In this document: positions 19,401 to 25,537 of the stretch, one piece after another | How positions within the stretch are numbered: the stretch's first letter is position 1 | Layout: every line of letters starts with the position of its first letter | IMG/VR virus record: IMGVR_UViG_3300020247_000012 | Span: 1 to 25,537 of that record | Direction: 5' to 3' (one strand) | From: a virus | Lineage: Duplodnaviria; Caudoviricetes | Length of the DNA: 25,537 nucleotides | Made by a program: the position numbers and the translations under genes | Notes under the pieces: generated by a model | Databases searched by the model: none | What the model was told of the DNA's origin: nothing | Seen by the model: only the letters and a program-made list of their open reading frames with translations

Positions 19401-22400
19401 AAGAACAATATGATAGAGTCCCGTCTATGGGTAATGTTAGGAATACTGACACTATTGATATTCGTCCAAGAGTGGCTCAATATTCAGGGTCTCGTTCCCC
19501 ATTTGAATTTGATTCAAGAATCTTCTCTGGAGGTGGATCAGCGACCAATGTATTGACTAGCGGTGAAAATGTAACCTTTGATTATGATTACTATGTTGGA
19601 AGAAAGGATAGATTATACCTCAATAGAAATCAATCGTTTACTATCATAGAGGGTACTCCAAGTGATAATCCTCAGTTACCAGAACCAGTAAGTCAGAGTT
19701 TTGAAATAGCACAGATTCATTATAAACCATACATTTATAATGCACGTTGGGAAGTTGACGTTAAGTACAAAGGTACTAAGCGTTTTACTATGAGAGATAT
19801 TGGTAAACTTGAAGAGAGATTGGATACACTTGAAGAAGTAACTTCTCTTTCTCTTTTAGAATCTAAAACTGATAGTCTTGTAATTAGAGATCCTAGTACT
19901 GGTCTTGATAGATTCAAGAATGGATTTGTTGTTGACCCATTCAATGATTTCAATGTTACTGATAAGACTCAGACTGAAATCAAATATGAGATTGATGATG
20001 GAATGATGATCTCTAAGAAGTATCGTGATAGTATCGATCTTCTAATTGGATCAAATAGTGTAGTTGGAGTAAATGGTGCTCCTGATCCTACTGTTGATCC
20101 ACGTTTTGCTACTGACTTAGGTTCACCTAATGTCAAGAAAATTGGTAACCATGTTACTCTGAACTACACTGAAGTCGCAGACCGTGAGCAGTTATTTGCT
20201 ACACGTCTTGAAAGTGTAAACCCTTATATGTTCAGAGATTGGAATGGAATGCTTTCTCTAGATCCAGAAGATGATGTTTATATTGATAGAAATCAAGTTA
20301 CTATAACTGAAGGTGAAGGTTTTGCAAATGATTTCTTCTCTCAAGGTGCACCAGTTCCACATGTAAGAGAACAAAATATTGAGTTCAATGCAACAACTCT
20401 AAAACCAGATACTAAACATTATGCATATTGGTCTGGTACTGATATGATAGATGAGAATAATTATATTATACCAAAACTATTAGAGGTAACACCAGTAAGC
20501 GGATCATTCCAAATTGGTGAAACTGTATCTGGTCCTAACATAAGATTCCGTCTTGCATCACCTAATCATAAGGCAGGTCCATTCAATAGTCCTCAAATTG
20601 TATATGATATAAACCCCTATTCTCCTAATGTTGGTTTATCATCTTCTTATTCAGAAACAAGTTCAGTTCTTAATGTTGACTGTGCTGCATTAAACCAAAA
20701 GTCTGATGGTAACTTCTTTGGTAGAGTTAGTACTGGTATAAGATTAGTTGGTGAAACAAGTGGTGCTCAAGCAGATATTGCTGATGTTCGTTTAGTAACT
20801 GATGATCTTGGAACTGTACAAGGTTGTTATTATATTCCACCAGATACATTCCGTGATGGAACACATAGTTCTTTGATTACTCAAGTAAAACCAGAAAATG
20901 TAATACCTGGTAAAAATATTAGTAATGCTAATTCAGAATGGTTCTCTGAAGGATTTGAAATTACCGATACTACAGTTATTAGAACTGAACCTGCATTACC
21001 TATACCTGTTATAAATCACAACTACTTTATAACAAATAATATTACTAATGTTACAAACATTACTCAGGTTCAGCCAGAACAGCATGATGATGACCCTCTA
21101 GCACAGAGTTTTGAAGTTGCAGAAGAAGCTGGTATGTTTATGACTGGAGTAGACTTCTACTTCCAGAGTAGGTCTGAAAAGATTCCTTTGAAGGTTCGTA
21201 TCGTTAGTATGGAAAGTGGTTTTCCTTCACAGAAGATAATGAAGAATAGTGAGGTTGAAGTAGATCCAATAAATGTTAACATTTCTGATGATGGTACTAT
21301 ACCAACTCATTTTGGATTCAAAGCACCTGTATACTTACCTAAAGGTGATTATGCATTCTACTTAGGTTCTTCATCTGGTGACTATGATGCATGGATATCT
21401 CAAGTTGGTGAAGCAGATATTAGAACTGCTAATTTGAGTCAGTTCCAGAAAATTATTGTATCTAAACAGCCAACTCAAGGTTCATTGTTCAAAGCACAAA
21501 GTAATGTTACTTGGACTGCATCACAGTTGGAAGACTTGAAATATAAGTCATATAGAGCAGAGTTTACAACAGAACCAGGAACGGTTCGTATGTATAATCC
21601 AGCTCTACAAACATATGGTACACGTAATAATCTACCTTCCAATCCTATTGAAACATTTGCTAAGAGAGTATATGTTGGATTGAGTTCTGGTTCAACTTCA
21701 CCTCATCTTATAAATGGTGCTGTTATATCACAGGTCAGTAATACTACTGCAAGAGGTGTGATTGCTGAGGCATTAGGACATGTAGCAAATAATGATGAAG
21801 ATGCACTTGGTATTACATATGGTGGTGTTGGATATGAAGATGGTGCAGCACAGTCTGTAAGTCTTGTTACTATGTCAGGTCGTGGACAAGGTGCTGTTGG
21901 TATTTTGACAGTTAGTGGTGGTATTATTACTTCAGCAACTATTGATCCAACAAGTACTGGTAATGGATATAAAGTTGGAGATACTCTAACAGCAAATCTA
22001 GGATCTAAAGGTCTTGGAGAGAATTTACTTCTAACTGTTGGTGTTACTACAGCAACCAGTGGATTAGTTCTTACTAATGTATCTGGTGCTGAGTTCAATA
22101 CTTCCGATGCAATTTCCATTGTTCCTCAATTAGGATCTGGTGTTGGTGTTGCTTCTGCACAATCAGGTATTGTTCCTAGTTCTGTAGTTGTGAATTCTGA
22201 TGAGTATGATGGTAAGCATTTCAGAGTAACACATCCTAGTCATGGACATTATTCTAATAATGATCATGCTCAGTTAACTGGTGTTGGTGGAGATTCAGTT
22301 CCTACAAAACTAACTGTTGGATATGCAGCAAGTGTTACTTCAATTGTTAGTGTAGGAAGTAGTACAGGATTCAGTTGGTTTGAAGGTGCACAGGTTTCTG

Positions 22401-23503
22401 CATCTAATATTGGATATGCATTGATTGATGATGAAGTTATTAGTTACACAAGTGTTGGTGTAAATCAACTTTCTGGTACTATTACTCGTGGAGTTGATGG
22501 TACTATACCTATCAACCATGAAATAAATGCTCCTGTTCAGAAGTATGAAATTTCTGGTATATCATTACGTAAGATCAATACTGAACATGATCTTGCACAA
22601 GTAAATGGTGCTGTCAATGCTAGTTTAGATTCTTATTTTGGTAAGATTACTGGTACTAAATTCTTTGAAAAGGATAAAGTTACTGGTGGAGATAAAGGTA
22701 AAGGATCTATGAATATATGTTTTGATACAGTCAATCCAAATATTTCTCATAGTTTACCTATTGGTACAAAACTTACTGGTAAGATAAGAACCACTTCTGG
22801 TACAAGTATTGATGGAAATGAGACTGCTTTCTTAGATCAAGGTTATCAAGATATTTCATTGTTTGGTAGAACTCAATTAGATTCACCTAGAATAATTGCT
22901 TCTAAAGTCAATGAACTTGATAAGTCAACTCTATTAGCACTTCCTGGTGGTAAATCATTTACATTTGAAGCAACCTTATCAACAACTGATAAGAATGTTT
23001 CTCCTATAATCAATGTATTCAAGAGTTCTGTTCTAACAGAAGGTTCTAGAATAAATCGACCTATTACAAACTTCAAGACAGATCGTAGATCAAACTTACT
23101 TGATGATCCACATGCTATGTTATATCAAACGAAGGAAATTTTATTAGAGAATCCTTCTCAATCTCTCAAAGTATTATTTGCTGCTGATAGACCTGCTGAA
23201 GCAGATGTCAGAGTTCTATATCGCTTGAAGAGAGAAGATAATTCTGAGTTTGATAAAGTATTTGAATTGATGCCAGGTTATGAAAATATTGATAACCAAG
23301 GTGATGTAATAGATCCTAAAAATAATAGTGGTAAACCTGATGCTCTTGTTCCTCCAAGTACGGATGGAAACTTTATAGAGTATGAATTTACTGCTGATAA
23401 TTTACCATCGTTTACTGCATTCCAAGTCAAAGTTGTTATCGGTTCTGTGTCCTCTTCTAAGACACCAAGATTATTAGACTTTAGAGCAATAGCAGTAGCG
23501 TAA
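16448..23503 (+). CDS. Large virion structural protein, VrlC-like / DUF4815 family, 2351 aa
   Basis: N-terminal NLNVSPYFDDFD..KNFNKVLFKPG.PVQARELTTLQSILQ.QIEKFG, plus APGADRLKI, LARRTYDESGNY-like, GKAYVRGFE, RFTMRDIGKLEERL, RFKNGFVVDPF, DPLAQSF and C-terminal P...DFRAIA motifs. It sits in the usual position after gp8. Confidence 0.85.
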   Translation: MPQNTNLNVSPYFDDFDSEKNFNKVLFKPGTPVQARELTTLQSILQGQIEKFGKHIFKEGSIVIPGKFNYDFEYTYVKVESTFFGVPVESYYDKLIGVRIRGKDSGVTAKVVKVLPQSESLENSTTLYIKYEGSSDDLTRETFLDGENLVTLKDITYGVTTIADGSDFATASSSNATGFGSAFSLIRGIFFARGAFVEVKTETLILDQYGNEPSFRVGFLVREEIVTSVEDESLYDNAAGFSNFTAPGADRLKIGLVLTKKPLTDFNDENFIELFRTDVGEVKHLVDRTVYNELAKEFARRTYDESGNYYVTKFDLEPKECLNDRFSRYGQFTKDRLTEDGNVPSEDLMCMRIGPGKAYVRGFEVSVNGTKYLDIPKPRTTKTAETRAVGFEAGNRLRLNNVHHAAQIRLAAGNADFVDLRSARLGSNKATAAGDSIGRARVYDYKLQSSAYVDNSSVYELYLFDIVTDTKLTINQAISLNAPALVQGSRSGARGMLRSNASGSTTLILSETAGQFVLDEALIINGEQQGRVVTGITEYDLTDVKSVRSTGGGRTFGADVLMEEIANFGSVAVNISAPSGGKSTISSGVTGWAKKIRPGSIISYTATGITVPVFHKVTSVSGSGFSAECEAVQTVTNVCNGALPSGALTVSGVRVLGGRVKESKKGTLVADMPHTNVESVDLTESTIFVRDEATSQSTSGGGQLTLPSLVGSDYVYAAFDEERYNVTYTNGTTAVLSSDQFAFTNGGKSATISGLTASQSGNVIVQVTKQKSKVNSKVKTLIQCATLDITGSNKANSGVTTGLKDGLTTNGVYGKRVQDKEVSLDNADIIEVHAVFESSGSGTPTIPKLTLAAFSGPNQNNTDIQIGEVGIGKSSGAAALVLARSGVDAVEIVTRNNQSFFETEEISFQKSGVKANLSTNEPGDPNIRKNYVLDNGQRDEYYDFGRLTRKPNVSEPQGRLKVFYDRYDIQGDDSGDIVTASSYEKEQYDRVPSMGNVRNTDTIDIRPRVAQYSGSRSPFEFDSRIFSGGGSATNVLTSGENVTFDYDYYVGRKDRLYLNRNQSFTIIEGTPSDNPQLPEPVSQSFEIAQIHYKPYIYNARWEVDVKYKGTKRFTMRDIGKLEERLDTLEEVTSLSLLESKTDSLVIRDPSTGLDRFKNGFVVDPFNDFNVTDKTQTEIKYEIDDGMMISKKYRDSIDLLIGSNSVVGVNGAPDPTVDPRFATDLGSPNVKKIGNHVTLNYTEVADREQLFATRLESVNPYMFRDWNGMLSLDPEDDVYIDRNQVTITEGEGFANDFFSQGAPVPHVREQNIEFNATTLKPDTKHYAYWSGTDMIDENNYIIPKLLEVTPVSGSFQIGETVSGPNIRFRLASPNHKAGPFNSPQIVYDINPYSPNVGLSSSYSETSSVLNVDCAALNQKSDGNFFGRVSTGIRLVGETSGAQADIADVRLVTDDLGTVQGCYYIPPDTFRDGTHSSLITQVKPENVIPGKNISNANSEWFSEGFEITDTTVIRTEPALPIPVINHNYFITNNITNVTNITQVQPEQHDDDPLAQSFEVAEEAGMFMTGVDFYFQSRSEKIPLKVRIVSMESGFPSQKIMKNSEVEVDPINVNISDDGTIPTHFGFKAPVYLPKGDYAFYLGSSSGDYDAWISQVGEADIRTANLSQFQKIIVSKQPTQGSLFKAQSNVTWTASQLEDLKYKSYRAEFTTEPGTVRMYNPALQTYGTRNNLPSNPIETFAKRVYVGLSSGSTSPHLINGAVISQVSNTTARGVIAEALGHVANNDEDALGITYGGVGYEDGAAQSVSLVTMSGRGQGAVGILTVSGGIITSATIDPTSTGNGYKVGDTLTANLGSKGLGENLLLTVGVTTATSGLVLTNVSGAEFNTSDAISIVPQLGSGVGVASAQSGIVPSSVVVNSDEYDGKHFRVTHPSHGHYSNNDHAQLTGVGGDSVPTKLTVGYAASVTSIVSVGSSTGFSWFEGAQVSASNIGYALIDDEVISYTSVGVNQLSGTITRGVDGTIPINHEINAPVQKYEISGISLRKINTEHDLAQVNGAVNASLDSYFGKITGTKFFEKDKVTGGDKGKGSMNICFDTVNPNISHSLPIGTKLTGKIRTTSGTSIDGNETAFLDQGYQDISLFGRTQLDSPRIIASKVNELDKSTLLALPGGKSFTFEATLSTTDKNVSPIINVFKSSVLTEGSRINRPITNFKTDRRSNLLDDPHAMLYQTKEILLENPSQSLKVLFAADRPAEADVRVLYRLKREDNSEFDKVFELMPGYENIDNQGDVIDPKNNSGKPDALVPPSTDGNFIEYEFTADNLPSFTAFQVKVVIGSVSSSKTPRLLDFRAIAVA

Positions 23504-23664
23504 TGCCCATTGCAACAATCTCATTGAAAGATATCTCGAATAAAAAAGCAGCCAAAAAACTAATCAAACTCGCCAAAAAACATCCTAACCTATACACTCA
23601 ATCTGAAGTTTTATACGCTAAAATGATAAAGAGAGTAGAGAAAAGGAAAAAAGAAAACAAATGA
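23503..23664 (+). CDS. Small lysine-rich hypothetical protein, 53 aa (not in the ORF track)
   Basis: Translated by hand: MPIATISLKDISNKKAAKKLIKLAKKHPNLYTQSEVLYAKMIKRVEKRKKENK*. It starts in a TAATG overlap with the upstream stop and ends in an ATGA overlap with the next gene. Confidence 0.8.
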   Translation: MPIATISLKDISNKKAAKKLIKLAKKHPNLYTQSEVLYAKMIKRVEKRKKENK

Positions 23665-23855
23665 CAAAAAGAGCAAAAGTAAAAGATCATAAAAACCTAG
23701 AAAGGGATCTGAAAACTCAAGCAATAGTGTCAACTGATAAGCTTGGTTATGACCGTTATATGGGTCAAAGAGAGTTTCATTTGAAACAAAAAAATGAACT
23801 TGATGGTTTGAAAGCACAAATAGAGGAACTTAAATCCTTGCTTTTGAATAAATAG
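23661..23855 (+). CDS. Small hypothetical protein with a C-terminal coiled coil, 64 aa
   Basis: ATGA-coupled start, KV.DH.NL.RD..T.AIV N-terminus and heptad-like C-terminus (ELDGLKAQIEELKSLL). It fits the operon. Confidence 0.8.
   Translation: MTKRAKVKDHKNLERDLKTQAIVSTDKLGYDRYMGQREFHLKQKNELDGLKAQIEELKSLLLNK
23848..23854 (+). promoter_or_regulatory. T4-like late promoter motif (ATAAATA)
   Basis: Overlaps the last codons and TAG stop of the 64-aa ORF, 24 nt before ATG 23879. Confidence 0.65.
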
Positions 23856-23878
23856 CTAAGTCAATAAACTAAGTAGTC

Positions 23879-24217
23879 ATGGCAGTTCCTGTAGTTAATA
23901 TACAAATTGAACAAGGGACTGATTTTGAAGCTGCCTTCACAATCAAGAAGGCTGATGGAACTCGTTATAATTTGACGAACACTACCCTGTCTGCCAAGAT
24001 GAGGAAGTGGTCTGGATCTTCTGGATACATCGGTTTTGGTGTAACCTTTGGTGCAGTACCTGCTAATGGTGTTATTACCATATCTCTTACAGATGCTCAA
24101 TCAGGTATTATTACATCAGGTAGATATAATTATGATATCTTAGTACAAGATAATGTAAGTACTAAGATAAACAAAGTGATTCAAGGTCAAGCTCAAGTAA
24201 ATGACACAGTATCATAA
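23879..24217 (+). CDS. Hypothetical virion-associated beta-sandwich protein, 112 aa
   Basis: The pattern NIQIEQGTDF...F, NLT..T..AKMRK, G.ITISLT..Q, GRYNYDIL, KVIQG...V resembles small phage baseplate/fibre-adaptor domains. It follows a late promoter motif. Confidence 0.75.
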   Translation: MAVPVVNIQIEQGTDFEAAFTIKKADGTRYNLTNTTLSAKMRKWSGSSGYIGFGVTFGAVPANGVITISLTDAQSGIITSGRYNYDILVQDNVSTKINKVIQGQAQVNDTVS

Positions 24218-24609
24218 TGGAAGTATCCTTAGCTGCTGGTAACGTATACATTGTAGAGTTAGGAGATTCTGGTGCTGTACTAGAACCTAATGAACTTGGT
24301 AGTGATTTTACTGTAACCTTACAAGGAACTGAAATAGCAACATCATCAGGAGGAGACGTGGCTAACTTATCCGAATTACAAGACGTAGACACAGGTAACC
24401 TAAACTCTGCTACTAATAGGTTTGTCCTTATCTATGATACCGTTTCAAGTAAATTCAAATTTGTTAATCCAGACGAGGTGGTTGATGCTGCTGTTGGTGC
24501 AACGGTTCCTGGAGGAGCACCTGCTGTATCTGGATTGACTCAAGCTGCAGTAGATTACTTAGATGAAACACTTGATGATAAGATCGATCTTGATGGCGGA
24601 AGTTGGTAA
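24217..24609 (+). CDS. Hypothetical acidic virion/fibre-associated protein, 130 aa
   Basis: TAATG-coupled. It contains an LSELQDVD...VLIYD...KFKF element and a C-terminal LDGGSW, both typical of cyanophage fibre-associated proteins. Confidence 0.7.
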   Translation: MEVSLAAGNVYIVELGDSGAVLEPNELGSDFTVTLQGTEIATSSGGDVANLSELQDVDTGNLNSATNRFVLIYDTVSSKFKFVNPDEVVDAAVGATVPGGAPAVSGLTQAAVDYLDETLDDKIDLDGGSW

Positions 24610-24612
24610 CTA

Positions 24613-24619
24613 ATAAATA
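24613..24619 (+). promoter_or_regulatory. T4-like late promoter motif (ATAAATA)
   Basis: Immediately after the stop at 24609, at the head of the 127-nt intergenic region before the fibre gene. Confidence 0.6.
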
Positions 24620-24673
24620 AAAATAACTTGTCAAAATGAGACAGAGACAGTCTTTACTGTTAAAGTGAATTAT

Positions 24674-24695
24674 AGACGGTACATATCGTCTTTTT
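24674..24695 (+). terminator. Terminator-like hairpin within the leader of the fibre gene
   Basis: AGACGGT-ACAT-ATCGTCT (7 bp with one G-U pair) followed by TTTT. Confidence 0.4.
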
Positions 24696-24736
24696 AGTAT
24701 TGAGATAATGGTTTATATCTTACAATTTGGATACAG

Positions 24737-25537
24737 ATGGCTGCACCTGTTTTACAGTTTAAACGGGGTAATCTAGCTGCACTTCCAGGTTTACAAGCAG
24801 GTGAACCAGGATTTGTTACAGATACCTACGATTTGTTTGTTGGAATTGACTCAACAACAGGCAATAATAAATTTGTTGGATCCCATCGTTACTGGACAAA
24901 GGAGACCACTACCACTGGTAGTGCTGTCAAGGTTGTTGAAGGTACCGATAATGGATCTAGTTACATAGAGTTGAAAGCTCCTGCAAGTTTAGGAGCAAAT
25001 GAAACTTACATCTTACCTGCCACTGCAACTAATGCAGGTTTCCTAAAGGTAGATGGAAGTGGAAATATGTCTTGGGATGTTAACCCAGGATCCTCTGGTA
25101 CCACAGAGATTGCTAATATCAATATTGATGGTGGTACAGATATCGGTGCTGCTATTGCAGATGCTGATCTATTCATAGTTGATGATGGTGGTGGTGGAAC
25201 TAATAGAAAGACTACTGCTTCACGAGTAAAAGACTACGTTCTTGGTGGTGGACAAGGAGCAAACTTCTCTGCTATATCAGTATCTGGTATTGGTACTGTA
25301 ACGTTTGCTGATACCACGACCTTGAAGGTTGGTGCTGGTGCAACTGTTACTGGTGCTCTAGACGTAGATGGAGGTGCTAACATAGCATCTGGTCTTACTG
25401 TTACTGGTGGTGCTACAGTAAACTCATTACAGGTTTCTGATCTTACAGACAACCGTGTTGTTATTGCTGGTACTTCTGGAGAACTAGAAGACAGTGGTAA
25501 CTTAACCTTCGATGGTTCCACATTAGGTGTTACTGGT
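24737..25537 (+). CDS. Tail-fibre-like protein, N-terminal 267 aa; 3'-truncated by the window edge (not in the ORF track)
   Basis: Open frame from ATG 24737 to the window end: MAAPVLQFKRGNLAALPGLQAGEPGFVTDTYDLFVG...NIDGGTDIG...LTDNRVVIAGTSGELEDSGNLTFDGSTL. The QFKRG...GEP N-terminus resembles Mtd/hyaluronidase-type fibre anchors, and the remainder has Gly/Thr-rich beta repeats. Confidence 0.85.
   Translation, partial: MAAPVLQFKRGNLAALPGLQAGEPGFVTDTYDLFVGIDSTTGNNKFVGSHRYWTKETTTTGSAVKVVEGTDNGSSYIELKAPASLGANETYILPATATNAGFLKVDGSGNMSWDVNPGSSGTTEIANINIDGGTDIGAAIADADLFIVDDGGGGTNRKTTASRVKDYVLGGGQGANFSAISVSGIGTVTFADTTTLKVGAGATVTGALDVDGGANIASGLTVTGGATVNSLQVSDLTDNRVVIAGTSGELEDSGNLTFDGSTLGVTG

Noticed and set aside
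3772-23503. Inteins, group I introns or homing endonucleases in the giant ORFs
   Set aside because: I saw no intein splice-junction motifs and no LAGLIDADG, HNH or GIY-YIG signatures. The frames are uninterrupted and their size is explained by repeated structural modules.
16448-23503. Reading the VrlC-like protein as a virulence factor
   Set aside because: The name comes from a phage-related bacterial locus. The context after gp8 in a late operon indicates a virion structural protein.
23540-23700. A-tracts as possible slippage or phase-variation sites
   Set aside because: The runs are short and are fully explained by Lys codons in two intact, coupled ORFs.
158-25521. The many 60-138-aa minus-strand ORFs in the track (e.g. 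8799-9140, 13412-13801, 17788-18168, 21703-22119, 25234-25521)
   Set aside because: All lie antisense to well-supported genes, have no recognisable motifs or expression signals, and are expected shadows of biased codon usage.
1-25537. CRISPR array, tRNA, DGR template/variable repeats, or genetic-code reassignment
   Set aside because: I noticed no regularly spaced or long near-identical nucleotide repeats, cloverleafs or reverse transcriptase by eye. TAA, TAG and TGA all end genes normally and the long ORFs read through under the standard code.

Overview
This is an AT-rich, densely coding phage segment with all genes on the + strand. It has the architecture of the baseplate/tail module of a T4-like marine cyanomyovirus (Prochlorococcus/Synechococcus-type). 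In order it holds: the 3' end of a NodU/CmcH-type carbamoyltransferase, a GT-A-fold glycosyltransferase-like gene, a tiny acidic ORF and an intrinsic terminator. A late structural operon follows, with gp25, gp6, a 2750-aa gp7-like wedge initiator carrying a YHYH-like domain, a 952-aa virion protein, gp8, a 2351-aa VrlC/DUF4815-like protein, four small ORFs and the start of a tail-fibre-like gene. T4-type late promoter motifs (TAAATA) punctuate the operon, often built into stop codons. I saw no tRNA, CRISPR array, intron, intein or mobile element. The most interesting leads are a pervasive G-hydrophobic-x-T/S motif in the virion proteins next to a glycosyltransferase and carbamoyltransferase (a possible virion-decoration system), an attenuator-like leader before the fibre gene, and domain modules shared among the giant baseplate proteins. 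All family assignments come from motif recognition and synteny by eye, not from database searches.
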